NCBI RefSeq assembly: GCF_006345805.1
Contig: NC_043002.1
Span: 55,242,001-55,306,000 of the forward strand
Direction of reading: 5' to 3'
Source of the DNA: Octopus sinensis
Taxonomy: Eukaryota
DNA length: 64,000 nt
Part shown: one piece after another, positions 39,463-53,529 of the stretch
Layout: every line of letters starts with the position of its first letter
Position numbering within the stretch: the first letter of the stretch is position 1
Made by a program: the position numbers and the translations under genes
Notes under the pieces: generated by a model
Told to the model about the DNA's origin: nothing
Seen by the model: only the letters and a program-made list of their open reading frames with translations
Database searches by the model: none

Positions 39463-39907
39463 GCTTCTGATTGGAAGTGTTATCATGTACATTGTTTTGT
39501 CTTGGTATAAAAGATGGGCTACAGCAAATATTCTGCTCAATACCACAGATTTGTTTGTTGGTCGTTTGACTGTAACCAGTTGAGCATGTCCCTTAGTGGC
39601 AGACTATGTGTGCAACTCTGATCACGAGCAGAAGTAGTGGGAGAGTATCATAGCCATGTATTGAGAGGGATTTTTTGGGGTTTGGATAATTCACATTTGG
39701 AAACATAAGTGTTTTGTTCATCATCCTTGAACAACCCTTATTCAAGAACCTTTTGAGCGAGATGGATCATGCGCTGTTTATCTTGATGCATGGTTGTGAT
39801 GCATGTGCTGGTGTACCCTTATCAGATGGGCAAGTCATGATGAGTATACTGGGCTTCCTATATTTTACTCCAGTGTCATTTTGATGGCATGCACTGCTCT
39901 TTCACTC
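39463..39907. mobile_element. (AAT)n-embedded ~540-bp repeat, copy 2 (left-truncated)
   Basis: Colinear with about 424-932; ends ttcactc-aataataat. Confidence 0.8.
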
Positions 39908-39950
<43 letters not shown>

Positions 39951-39961
39951 TAATAATAATA

Positions 39962-40019
<58 letters not shown>

Positions 40020-40042
40020 CAATAATATTAATAATAATAATA

Positions 40043-40407
40043 ATGGTTTCAAATTTTGCCACAAGGGCAGCAATTTTGGGAAGGGAATGAGTCGATTATA
40101 TCGACTCCAGTGTGTAACTGGTACTTATTTCATCGACCCCGAAAGAATGAAAGGCAAAGTCAACCTCAGCGGAATTTAAACTCAGAACGTAGCGGCAGCC
40201 GAAATACCGCTAAGCATTTTGTCTGGCGTGCTAACGATTCTGCTAGCCCGCCGCACTACAACTACTACTACTACTACTACTACCACCATCCCCGAAAGGA
40301 TGAAAGGCAAAGTCGACCTCGGCGGAATTTGAACTCAAAATGGCGTGCTAACGATTCTGCTAGCTCCCCGCAACTACTACTACCACCACCACACCACCAC
40401 CACCACA

Positions 40408-40447
<40 letters not shown>

Positions 40448-40476
40448 ATAATAATAATAATAATAATAATAATATA

Positions 40477-40527
<51 letters not shown>

Positions 40528-40919
40528 CAATAATATTAATAATAATAATAATGGTTTCAAATTTTGTCACAAGGGCAGCAATTTTGGGAAGGGAATGAGT
40601 CGATTATATCGACTCCAGTGTGTAACTGGTACTTATTTCATCGACCCCGAAAGAATGAAAGGCAAAGTCAACCTCAGCGGAATTTAAACTCAGAACGTAG
40701 CGGCAGCCGAAATACCGCTAAGCATTTTGTCTGGCGTGCTAACGATTCTGCTAGTCCGCCGCACTACAACTACTACTACTACTACTACTACCACCATCCC
40801 CGAAAGGATGAAAGGCAAAGTCGACCTCGGCGGAATTTGAACTCAAAATGGCGTGCTAACGATTCTGCTAGCTCCCCGCAACTACTACTACCACCACCAC
40901 CACCACAACAACAACAACA

Positions 40920-41007
<88 letters not shown>

Positions 41008-41029
41008 TAATAATAATAATATAATAATA

Positions 41030-41068
<39 letters not shown>

Positions 41069-41311
41069 CAATAATATTAATAATAATAATAATGGTTTCA
41101 AATTTTGTCACAAGGGCAGCAATTTTGGGAAGGGAATGAGTCGATTATATCGACTCCAGTGTGTAACTGGTACTTATTTCATCGACCCCGAAAGAATGAA
41201 AGGCAAAGTCAACCTCAGCGGAATTTAAACTCAGAACGTAGCGGCAGCCGAAATACCGCTAAGCATTTTGTCTGGCGTGCTAACGATTCTGCTAGCCCGC
41301 CGCACTACAAC

Positions 41312-41343
<32 letters not shown>

Positions 41344-41463
41344 TCCCCGAAAGGATGAAAGGCAAAGTCGACCTCGGCGGAATTTGAACTCAAAATGGCG
41401 TGCTAACGATTCTGCTAGCTCCCCGCAACTACTACTACCACCACCACCACCACCACCACCACA

Positions 41464-41503
<40 letters not shown>

Positions 41504-41549
41504 ATAATAATAATAATAATATAATAATAACAATAACAACAACAACAAC

Positions 41550-41580
<31 letters not shown>

Positions 41581-41595
41581 TAATAATAATAATAA
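40043..41595. repeat. Three tandem copies of a ~510-540-bp unit (family A SINE + partial SINE + trinucleotide tracts)
   Basis: Unit start atggtttcaaa at 40043, 40551, 41092; non-SSR parts nearly identical, SSR lengths differ. Confidence 0.95.
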
Positions 41596-41604
41596 ATAAT
41601 TTTT

Positions 41605-41752
41605 ATTTCTTTATTACCCACAAGGGGCTAAACATAGAGGGGACAAACAAGGACTGACGAACAGATTGCGTCGATTACATCGACCCCAGTACGTAATTAG
41701 TACTTATTTAATTGACCCCGAAAGGATAAAAGGCAAACTCGACCTCGGCGGA
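41605..41752 (-). mobile_element. SINE family A (long-tail subtype), 5'-truncated
   Basis: atttctttattacccacaaggggctaaacatagagggg tail. Confidence 0.8.
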
Positions 41753-41850
41753 CGTCTTAAATAACAATAATTTTTATTGGCCACCGGGGCTGAAGGCATT
41801 GGCGAGAAGATAAAAGGCCGAAGTACACACACATACACGCGCGCGCGCGT

Positions 41851-41960
<110 letters not shown>

Positions 41961-43013
41961 GAGGTCAAGTTTACATCGATCAAAAGAGGAAAGAACAAGA
42001 AATAGAACACAGATAGAAATGGTGTTTGTAGAAGGGCATCGGATGAGAGGACGTCACAATGACAAGTCTCTCTCTACCACCACACCTCTCTCTCTCCCTC
42101 ACACACGCACTCTCTCTCTCACACTCTCTGTCTCACTCTCTTTCTCGCTCTTTCTCTGTCTGTGTCACACACACGCCCTCTCTCTCACACACAAATGCAC
42201 TCTCACTCACTTTCTCACTCTTTCTCTCTCCCCCCCTCTCACACACACGCACTCTCACTCTCTCTGCCACTCTCTCTCTTCCTGTATCTCCCTCTTACAC
42301 ACACACACACACTTACACACACTTATACACACAGACACACATACACTTACACACACACACACACACAAATCTAATAGAATCGATTATTAAATATTAACGC
42401 ATAGAAACCGTGGGAATTTGAATGGCTCTGTCAAATACCCAGAGTGACTCTCTGGGTATTTGATGCATCTTTAATGATGGTGGGTAGATTCGGTATAATC
42501 CGGTTACCAACTGATCTGACCCCGCCATCCCGACAATCATATTAATTTCAGATTTTGGCGCAAGGTCAGCAATTTGAAGGAACCTCCCCCACCCGTGTAT
42601 TCTGGTACATATTTTATCAGTTCCAAAAGAATAAAAGGCAAAGTCGACCTCGATCGAATTCGAATAATTATAATTCTTTCTTTATTGGCCACAAGGGCCG
42701 CACAAAAACAAAACTGCAGAATGATACAACACGACATATAATGCATGTGACGAGTAAAGAAACAATAACAATTAACAGAAGAAATTCGAATAAGAGAAGG
42801 GGAGAAGCTCCACCCAGAAGCAACAAAGGAAGCCCACCCCATCCTGGATACCCCAAAGCTAAGGGAACCTCGGGCAGGCACCCCACGCCTCTTCATTTGA
42901 ATAATAATGATGGAAGATAATCGGGATATATCAATGAAGGTAATCAACAACAAAGGTAACGATGATGGTGATGACGACGACGATGATGATGATAGTGGTG
43001 GTGGTGATGATGA

Positions 43014-43047
<34 letters not shown>

Positions 43048-43224
43048 GGTGGTGGTGATTCACAAATAAAGGTCACAACAGGTTTACGCACTCACCCTTT
43101 CTTCAAGAAACCAGCCAAGCCGCGATTCTTCCTCTTGTGTATATTCCAGCTGATACACTCAGATCGATTTTCCCTTCTCTATAAATTCTTCTATTCGCAT
43201 CGCCACATATAACCACCTCCCTTT

Positions 43225-43266
<42 letters not shown>

Positions 43267-43692
43267 TGTACCCACTTATCACTGTTTAACCATTTATCAT
43301 ATTCAATTGCCACTGTTCCTCCACCATCGCAATCACCACCACCACTACCACTACTAGCGCCACCACCGTCACCTTTTTGTTTTCAAATGACTCCCGTCTG
43401 TCAATAAAAGGAATAAAATGTGGGACACAATCCTACACTCTCAGAAAAAGAAAGACTGGGTGGTCATCGTTGGAGCGTCTTTGATAGGGCTGATTTCGAA
43501 CAAGACCCACCACCACCACCACCACCACCACCGCCATATCACGAGCATCGTCCCCACCATCACTACCATCACCCCCACTATTCTTCTCCTGCTCTCCTTC
43601 TCCTCTTCCCCCTACTGCTACTACTATAAGCTCGCGATCTTCTGCTACAATCACTCGCCATCTCATTTTGACAGCCAAATTCACCCTCCCCA

Positions 43693-43733
<41 letters not shown>

Positions 43734-44070
43734 CCTCTCTTTCCATCTATCTATCAGTCTCTGCTTCCCCCTACTCCACTCATTTTCCCTCTCTCTGTAA
43801 AATGGTGGGAACCAAACATCTTAAGCAGTAAATTCTAGGACAGCATATTTGCCAGTCACACATTCACACACTTATTCACACACACAAACACAAACACGCA
43901 CACACACACACACAACACACACACACACACACACACACAACACACACACACATATATATATATACACACACACACACAGGCGCATACACACACGCACACG
44001 CGCACACACAAATACGTGCACACATGTCCCATTTACGCTTCCACACAGGCCCACATATCAGCAACATCAA

Positions 44071-44103
<33 letters not shown>

Positions 44104-44754
44104 TAGCAGCAGCAGTGGTGGTGGAGGTGGTGGTGTAGCAACAGCAGCAGCTGCGGCAACGGCAGAAGGGATAGCAGCAGCAGCAGCGATGTCTTTTAAT
44201 ATAGGCACAGCTCTACATATTTTGGCGAAAGTGTAGAACCGACTTTGTGATTGGTAGTTATTTCATCGATCTCTATAGGGGTGGAGGGGACAAAAATGGC
44301 GGCGAATTGGTAAAAGCGATAGAATGTTGAACAAAAACGTCTTGTCTCTCATATTTGCTCCGATTCTTTACATTCTGCGTTCAAATCCCGCCAAAGTCGA
44401 CTTTACTTTTCTTCATTCTGACGTCGATCAGAAGTAAATTGCGATGCAAAGCGTTAGCTTGGCTAAATGGTTAGGGTGCTGGACCAAAATGTTTTGTAGT
44501 TTGTTTTATTCAGGCTCTCTACGTTCAGAGTTCAAATCTCACTAAAGACGACTTTATTTTTCATTCCTTTGGCGGTCGATCAAAATAAAAAGAATCTTAT
44601 TATTGCGGGCATTTTGAATTGGCGCAATTCTTTTGCATAATAACACTTCAGCTCTTTACATTGTCAGTAAATCTCGCCGTAGTCGGTCATCTTTCCAAGG
44701 TGGACAGAGGTCATGGGGGAATGGTTAAAGCATCTGACAAAATTCTTTGTGCAG

Positions 44755-45136
44755 TCTTATCTTTTATCTTTTACTTGCTTCAGTCATTAGACTGTGGCCA
44801 AACTGGGGTACCACCTTGAAGAATGCTTTGTTGTCTGAATCGACCCCAGGACTTTTTTTAAGCCTAGTACTTATTCTGTCGCTCTCATTCGCCGAACCGC
44901 TAAGTTACGGAAACGAAAACAAACCATCACAGGTTGTCAAGCGGTGGGTGGGGGACAAACACAGACGCAAAGAACATACACATATGACGGGCTTCTTTCA
45001 GTTTTCGTTTGTCAAATTCACTCACTAGGCTTTGGTCAGCCCAAGGATATAGTGGCAGACATCTGCCCAAGGTGCCACGCAGTGGAACTGAACTCAGAAC
45101 CATGTGGTTGAGAAGCAAACTTCTTACCACACAGCC
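44755..45136 (-). mobile_element. SINE family C
   Basis: Tail cagtcattagactgtggcc, CORE-like ctgcccaaggtgccacgcag, head. Confidence 0.85.
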
Positions 45137-45739
45137 TCATGATCTTTCCATTCTCAATGCTTAAGTTGATGTGCCAAACTTGTCTGTATCTAGCTGACAA
45201 AATGGTATCTTGTAAAAACTCTTTAAAACTCCAGATCGAACTCGTAACACTTTTGTCACTAAGAACCTGATTGCAGAAGAAAAATGTCAAACTGACCCCG
45301 TTGAGATTCGAACTCGGAATGCAGAGGGATATATGCGTATACGCTAAACTCTTTGTTCACCATTCCATAACAGGAATAATTATGGTTTCAAATTTTGGTA
45401 CAAGGCCAGCAATTTTAAGGGATGTTTAAGTAAATTTCATCGACTCTCTTTCCCAGTTCGACCCCGAAAATATGACAGGTAAAGTTGACCCTGGCGAAAT
45501 TTGAATTCAAAATAGAAAGAGCCGGAAGAAACACTTAGCTTTACAATGAGTTTGAGGTACAGGACGATGCAAATACATATGATTCAGGGTAAGATGAAGG
45601 CGTGTAAGCACTGAAAATAAGAAAACAAGAACAAGAAATATCTAAGCATGAAAAATCCCAAAAGCTCGTGGAAACCCCACAAAACCACGGTTGCCCACTC
45701 CTCCCTCAATCTACAGGCGCATGCACCAAGCTTCTACAT

Positions 45740-45977
45740 GCTCCAAACTTCTACAGCAGAATTGCTTTCCATTTCTGTTGTTTGAAAATGTGTATGGAAC
45801 AAGGGTATTAACGAGCGGACGTTCCAGATGTAAATGTCTTACAATTCATTCCAAAAATATTGTTTAATTGCAGAGAGTGTGTAGTCTTGCGAGAGAGAGG
45901 ATTTAAGAGCAGGAAACATCTGTATCAGCCGTGTGATGCCAGAAAACAGTAACAGCCAGCGACTCTTACTATGAAAG

Positions 45978-46025
<48 letters not shown>

Positions 46026-46661
46026 TGGGGAGTTCCCTGCACTCAATCGCATCAAACTCACAGAAATCCTTCAGCTGCTCAGTTCGAACTGTATAGATAT
46101 GAAATTACTGACAAATTTTATTGATTATATTTTCTATCTCAGTATTCATGATTTCTGCTCCGTGATAGACACTGTTGTTTAAAATATGTGCGGGACAATC
46201 TGCTCCAGTTTATGGCCTTTCTTCCAACATTTTCTTCAAATTTGGAAAAATTATCCCCTTCTTCATTACGTTTGAATCCTCCAAACATTGCGTTGCAGTT
46301 GTCACCTGTGACTGCCATAGACATTTCAGAAAGTTTATTTTTCTCTAGGGTTTCTTTTACTTAATTACCAATTGTACCTGCAGTTTTGTTCTTGAACTCA
46401 ATCAGTTTCAACAACTCACTATTCTTCCTGTCAAAATACTAAAGAATTACAAGAAACAGCTTTTATGTACCGTAATTGCTTCTATCTATCGCAACTTTAT
46501 TTTTCTCCAAGACCTTTCTCGGGAACATCGATGGAATGCGGTGCAAGCGAGATGGAACAATTATTTCTGTCTTTCTTCGAGTATCAGAAAGCTTCACAAC
46601 TTCTGATTCAGGGAAAGTTTTTTACAGTAAAACAGGAGAACAATCCATGGATATAAAGTGT

Positions 46662-46757
<96 letters not shown>

Positions 46758-47063
46758 AAGCTATCGTGATGTTTAACAGTGTGAAATGCTTGAGTACCTT
46801 CTGCAGCAGTGACAATGTCTTGTGTTTTACCTTCTGTTGTCACAAAATAATCCGTCAGTTTTCTTGAAAACTCTCTCCTCACAATGCTCTCTTTTGTTTT
46901 TCAGGTTTCATAAGTTTGTTTAAACCCGCCACATGCAAAATCGACTTAAAGTTCGTGATTGCACATCAAACGCTCTGTTTGCCCTTCATCCTTGTCTTTC
47001 TTATAGCACGCGTGTTTGTTTCGAACTCTTTGCAGAGAGTTGACATTTTGTCCGTTTGGACAT
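45740..47063 (-). pseudogene. hAT-superfamily transposase, N-terminal two-thirds, degenerate, split by two (GA)n tracts
   Basis: MSKRTKCQ start at 47063; AAEGTQAFHTVKHHDSF, SMDC, AIDRSNYGT*KLF, GDNCNAMFGG, GADCPAHILNN (CxxH), YTVRTEQLKDFC, HSKSRWL, IQMFPALKS. Confidence 0.85.
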
Positions 47064-47527
47064 TTTGACGAGGTCGTTCGTGGTTTATTAAACTACGGCA
47101 AATTTACAATTAGCAAGCAGTAATATGCCCATGAACTCATAAGCAAACACCGAGAAACGCCAGAGCTGGTTTCGAGACTGGCTGTCTAGCTGGTGGAGCA
47201 AACAGGTCATCACTGCTACAAGTGACTGCAATCAATATGCGTAAATAATACAGCAAAAGTGATCAGATAATTACTAAGAAATGCAGAAATGCCTGACATA
47301 CAAGAATAATAAATGCCGATAATAGTATACAATTGCCATTTACAATATGGCTACAACAGCACTAAGTACAGGAGGAAAACGTATTACTTGCACCAAACCA
47401 GACAAGTAGGCAACACTCAGCTGCTGACGAAAACTGAATGAGATCTTTACAGTGTCTTTCATTACAGACTACAGACTTGTGGGGGACCGGGTTTATACGT
47501 ACATCTCTCTATCTATATGTATATATC

Positions 47528-47892
47528 GTGGCACTCCGTCGGTTACGATGACGAGGGTTCCAGTTGATCCAATGAACGGAACAGCCTGCTTCGTGAAATT
47601 AAGGTGCAATTGGCTGAGCACTCTACAGACACGTGTACCCTTAACGTAGTTCTCGGGGAGATTCAGCGTGACATACTTTGTGACGAGGTCGGCCCTTTGA
47701 AATACAGCTATAACAGAAACAGGAAGAAAGAGTGAGAGAAAGTTGTGGTGAAAAAGTACAGCAAGAGTACAGCCACGTGGAACTATAGGTGTTTTCGCTC
47801 AATAAACACTCACAACGCCCGGTCTAGGAATTGAAACCGCGATCCTACGGTCGCGAGCCCGCTGCCCTAACCACTGGGCCATAGTACCTCCA
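47528..47892 (-). mobile_element. SINE family B, long-body subtype
   Basis: B head at 47810-47892 joined to the body also seen at 31290 and 60935. Confidence 0.75.
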
Positions 47893-47893
47893 C

Positions 47894-47944
<51 letters not shown>

Positions 47945-48135
47945 TTGTGTATGTGTGTTTGTGTTTGTCCTCCCCACCACCACTACCATCGCTTGACAAC
48001 CGAGGCTGGTGTGGTTACGACCCTCTAAGTTAGAAAAAGCGACCTAGAGAATAAGTACCAGGAATGAAGTCTTGGGGTCAATTTCTTCGACTAACATCCT
48101 GAAAAAATAAAAAGAAAAAAATGGAAAAGGAAATC

Positions 48136-48167
<32 letters not shown>

Positions 48168-48244
48168 TGTATGTATGATGTATGTATGTATGTATGTATG
48201 TATGTTTCTATGTATACATATGAATATATGTATTTATGTATACA

Positions 48245-48372
48245 TAATCGTTTTAAGTAATAAAAGCTAAAATTCTGGTCTTTTGCAGGACTTTTTGAAT
48301 ACTTCCTGCGCGTAAATGTTGACACATGAGTCCAGGACAAATCCAGGAAAATAGATTCATATGGCAACCCTA
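48245..48372 (-). mobile_element. hAT-type terminus, probably the 5' end of the hAT element
   Basis: Minus strand begins TAGGGTTGCCATAT followed by cctgga/gtcctggac subterminal motifs. Confidence 0.55.
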
Positions 48373-48419
48373 GTGTATACACCCCCCCCCCCCACACAGA
48401 GTACATATGCATTTATATA

Positions 48420-48625
48420 TTATTCTTTTACTTGTTTCAGTCATTGGACTGGGGTCATGCTGGATCACCGCCTTCAAAGCTTTTAATAGAACAAATCGAC
48501 CCCAGGACTTATTTCTTAAGCTTAATACTTATTCTATGCCGAACCGATAAGTTGCAGGGACGTAAGTACACCAGCACCGGTTGTCAAGCAGTGATGGGGG
48601 TGGGACAAACACAGACTCAAAGACA
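48420..48625 (-). mobile_element. SINE family C, 3' half
   Basis: ttgtttcagtcattggactgggg tail and body. Confidence 0.75.
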
Positions 48626-48717
48626 CACCCACGCACACCACACACATATATGAATACACACACACACACATATATATATATACATACATACATGCATATA
48701 TACATACATATATATAT

Positions 48718-48776
<59 letters not shown>

Positions 48777-48784
<8 letters not shown>

Positions 48785-48974
48785 TGATGAGAATTTATGG
48801 AAAGGTATCCCATAGAAAATCAACAGACTGTTAAAGATGGAGAAGAGATGTTAAACTTTAAAAAAAGAATTTTAATTATGAATTTTAAAAATTATAACAT
48901 CTTCTCTTCTCCATCTTTAATAGTCTATTGAGTATCTATGGGATACCTTTCCATAAATTCTCATCACATACCAT
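48777..48974. repeat. ~200-bp fold-back (MITE-like) element
   Basis: Arms of about 75 bp (atggcatgtgatgagaatttatggaaaggtatcccataga... and its near reverse complement) around an AT-rich spacer. Confidence 0.85.
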
Positions 48975-49115
48975 GTACCTGTAATAATTTCATATTTGCC
49001 AAAATCTTACGACAGAAAGCTACCAACGAAATATGAAGAATCTTTGTTAGAAATCGCCCCTTTGGAACCCTCCATAATAACCCTCCATAATAAAGAATGA
49101 AATTAAACTCAACCT

Positions 49116-49150
<35 letters not shown>

Positions 49151-49443
49151 ACACACACACACACATACACGCACACGCACACACACACACATACATATAT
49201 GTATGTATGGATGTGTGTGTATATATATATATATATTTATAGAGAGAGAGAGAGAGAGGGAGATGATATGTATATATTATATACGTATGTATGATAAGCT
49301 AATTGCAATATATTCCAGCTATTTAGACAATATAGCTTACAAATTATCTGTATCTCCTTTTTCTTTCTCATCCTATACACACACACACACACAGACGACA
49401 GACAGACACACATACGCACCGATGATATTATATATATATATTA

Positions 49444-49494
<51 letters not shown>

Positions 49495-49954
49495 TATATC
49501 CATACTTACATATGTGCATACGTGCGTATCTCTATAGACTATCAATCTTTATCCATCCATCTTATTCTCTAACTACCTCCCGATGAAATCCGTCCATCAT
49601 TGATGAACATGAACAATAAATTGGTTTCTGAAAAAGAAAAGAAAATCGACCAACAACAACAACAACAAACAAACAAACAGACAAGCACTTCGCTAACAAG
49701 ATTACTTAATTCTTCCTTCATTCAACTTGATTAGCTAGCAGCAGCACCATTCTAACGGAGATGAAGATTCTTTGTTTTCAGATTAGTCTAAGACGCTCTG
49801 ATGTCGCTAAGAAAGTACTTTGCGCTAAGAAGGAATGTGCCAATTATGCAATGAAGCCATGGTAATAGCAGCAACTTCAATAATCTTTCCATATTAGAAG
49901 ACAGAATTGTAGTGGCACATAAGTATGTATATATGTATGTATGTCATCCCTCTA

Positions 49955-50007
49955 ATCTATCTATCTGTCTATCTGTCTGTTTGTCTGTCTGTCTATCTAT
50001 CTATCTG

Positions 50008-50106
<99 letters not shown>

Positions 50107-50110
50107 GCCT
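49955..50110. repeat. (TCTG)/(TCTA)n microsatellite
   Basis: Direct reading. Confidence 0.97.
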
Positions 50111-51814
50111 GTCTTTCACGTGTTAATCTCTTTTTTTTCTCATTCCTTCTCAACATAGACAAGATGAAGTACACCTATACACATACACACCTATACACAT
50201 ACACACCTATACACATACACACAAGCATTCATAACAGTATCCTCCCACTCGTCCTCTACACAATCTTTCAGCTCTTCGTTGTACTCCATTCTGTCTCTTG
50301 CTACATTTTCTCTCTGTTTCTTTCTTTATACATCTTCCCATAACCTTCATTGTTTTCCTATCCCCCTTTCTCCCTTTCCTCCTTCTCTATTTCGACCTCT
50401 TATTCTCTCAGATTCACATAAATACTCAAACAAGCAGAAATCTGACTGTTACTAACCTCTACTCCGGGGACTTTATCGCAGCAAGATTTGAACACTAAAC
50501 TGCAATGTGTGTAACTAAATGTCGCTGTGCGTTTATTTCGATACTTTAACTCTCTCCATTTTATAAACTGACGTAAAGCCTTTTTTTGGTCCCCAAAATA
50601 ATAAAAAATTCATGGCGAAGCCACTCAAGAAATGTCTGAGCTTATGAGTCCTTCTTATGGAACTTCGAGGCAGGTGAGTAGGGGATAGTTTTATCCTCAA
50701 ACCGGAGACAGGGTTCGAATGTTTACTACTGAATGAACTTCGTTAAAGGTGCCCAAAGATCTAGTGGTGCTAGTGGTGGGGATGACAAAACGTGCGACCG
50801 TTAAATCTCCCTCCTAGAAAGGGGACAGTCAATCTTCTACGGGTTTGTATGAAGTCCCTATCGATCAAATACACAAGGTATTTGGTTAACCAGAGAATTT
50901 GGTAACAGAATTACCGCGAAGTAGTTTTGAACTTGAAACTACGCAACTGCCAAGCAAACTTCGTAGTCAAAGAGCCAAGCCCTATATAAGAAAATGGGCC
51001 GTGGGTGTTGAGAAGAAAAACTATAAGTATAATATTTGTTTCGTTTTCAAACTATTTTATATTTTGGTTCACCATGTGGGTGGAATTAGTGGTTGCAGCG
51101 TTAATGTGGTTTAAGGGTGCATAGCTTGAGCGTGTTCAGATGAACCTCACACACATACTTGCACACACACTCACGCACGACCCCCACCCCCAAACACGCC
51201 CGCCCGCACACACACACAACACACACACACGCACACACACAAACGAGTTGGACAAAATGCTGCATTTCTTTCGACCTATTTGAAAGAATGATCGTGCTGT
51301 TTAAATCATTATTTGATTGAGCTTGCACTTAATCTGACACAAGTCTTTGAGTTGGTGTTGGTGAAAATGTCAGAAAAACATACTAGAAATTCTGGAAAGT
51401 AAAAAGTAGTTTAACGGGTATCTTGCAGGAAAGGTGCAACTGCATGTCAAGAAGAGGCTAAAAATAGAATGATATGATAGGTTTCTAACATTGATATTAC
51501 CTAATTGTGACGTGAAGCTTGGCAGGAAAATGTAACTAAGTTTATTATAATCATACATTTGATGATCGCTATTTTTGACAGGTAAGAGTATCTGTAACTT
51601 ATTGAAGAAGATTGTTGTATTAGGCGTCTAAATATACTTTCAACTGTTTCACCATCGTCGCCAGACAAGCGGAACCGTGAAACTCTGAACTGTAGTCAGA
51701 GAAATCTAAGCTCTGATTGCATGTCATTTCACGCTACTTAACCATATCAATAGTTTCCCCGCTTAACTGCACACAGCGTGTAACTATTTAATAAACCTTG
51801 TGTGCGTGTGAGTG

Positions 51815-51882
<68 letters not shown>

Positions 51883-52163
51883 TCTTTACTCTTTTTACTC
51901 TTTTACTTGTTTCAGTCATTTGACTGCGGCCATGCTGGAGCACCACCTTTAGTCGAGCAAATCGACCCCGGGACTTATTCTTTGTAAGCCTAGTACTTAT
52001 TCTATCGGTCACTTTTGCCGAACCGCTAAGTGACGGGGACGTAAACACACCAGAATTGGTTGTCAAGCAATGCTAGGGGGACAAACACAGATAAACACAC
52101 ACAAACATATACATACATATATATACATATATACGACAGGCTTCTTTCAGTTTCCGTCTACCA
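51883..52163 (-). mobile_element. SINE family C, 5' end removed at 52163
   Basis: Stops at tttccgtctacca; other copies continue aatccactcac. Confidence 0.88.
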
Positions 52164-52191
52164 AGGCATGATGGTGTGAGTTTTTGCCAGA

Positions 52192-52619
52192 GAAATCCCT
52201 CTGGTGATCTCGTGAATTACTGCAGAGGCGGCTTTTTTTTCTCAATCCGATACAGATTATTTTAATATGGCGTATCCATGAAGAAAGTGTTCTGTCAGAC
52301 GAGAATAACCGCATAATTGTACCTCTCAGCGGTGTATATATGGGTGTATAGAGGTACATTTATATATGTATATATACATATTTGCATATATAGACACAAA
52401 CACATTCATATGTATATGTATGTATGTATATATGTATGTATATCTGTCGTCTATGTTGACATATCTAACATATATACACCGCTGAGAGGTACAATTATGC
52501 GGTTATTCTCGTCTGACAGAACACTTTCTTCATGGATACGCCATATTAAAATAATCTGTATCGGATTGAGAAAAAAAAGCCGCCTCTGCAGTAATTCACG
52601 AGATCACCAGAGGGATTTC
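52192..52619. repeat. Perfect 151-bp inverted repeat with 126-bp spacer
   Basis: 52192-52342 equals the reverse complement of 52469-52619; no mismatch found by eye. Confidence 0.95.
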
Positions 52620-52924
52620 GGCCTTCTGCGGTTTGTCAATGATATCACATACCAGTAACATGTCAGGACCAAACCTGTCCCCTCCAATATGTAGGAAGCA
52701 ATGAATAATATTATACATTGATATTATAAATAGCAAGGTGTCGGATTGAATAAAAACACGGTGAACGCAATTGAAATAGCATTAAACTAAAATAGCCATC
52801 TGTTTCATACCTAACGTATATACAGAGCTGAAAGGCATGATGGTGTGAGTTTTTGCCAGAGAGACACAGAGATAGCTACTATAATTTATACTGTATCAAT
52901 TGCATACACCGAATACATACACGC

Positions 52925-52969
<45 letters not shown>

Positions 52970-53087
52970 ACACACACACACACACATACACACACACACA
53001 CAATCATGCACACACACACATACTTATATATTACATATATATATACATGCATGTATACATATATATATATGTATATATATATATATG

Positions 53088-53123
<36 letters not shown>

Positions 53124-53186
53124 TGTATGTATGTATCTATCTATATCTATCTCTATCTTCCTCTCTCTCTTCTCTCTCTCTCTCTC

Positions 53187-53217
<31 letters not shown>

Positions 53218-53476
53218 CATACATAATCAAAATAAGCAGCAAGGATATCCAGAGTTATTGCAGCTGCATTACCTCTGGATATCCTTGTTGCTTATTTTGA
53301 TTGAAATCACCCCATTTTGAATTATAAGGATACTAAATTCTGGTGTCTTTAACTTAAGTACCATATTCATCTGATCTAAATCTTACTATACAAACATATA
53401 TACATATGTGTGTGTGCGTAAGTGCGTGTGTGTGTGCGTGTGCGCGTGTGTGTGTTTGTGTGTGTGTGTGTGTATG

Positions 53477-53529
<53 letters not shown>

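Noticed and set aside
42680-42900. 3' end of an L1/Tx1 LINE on the minus strand
   Set aside because: Only the AATAAA-containing tail is suggestive; no ORF2 peptide recognised, so not listed as a feature
43420-43629. Pro/His-rich ORF as a transcription-factor exon
   Set aside because: Driven by (CCA)n tracts; no domain
44050-44190. Poly-Q/Ser/Ala stretch
   Set aside because: (CAG)n microsatellite without exon context
49782-49861. Candidate 80-nt exon (ttctttgttttcag ... ATG|gtaata, one open frame)
   Set aside because: No recognisable protein and no partner exons; expected by chance in 64 kb
50600-50680. Strong donor CAG|GTGAGT
   Set aside because: No supporting acceptor or coding signal
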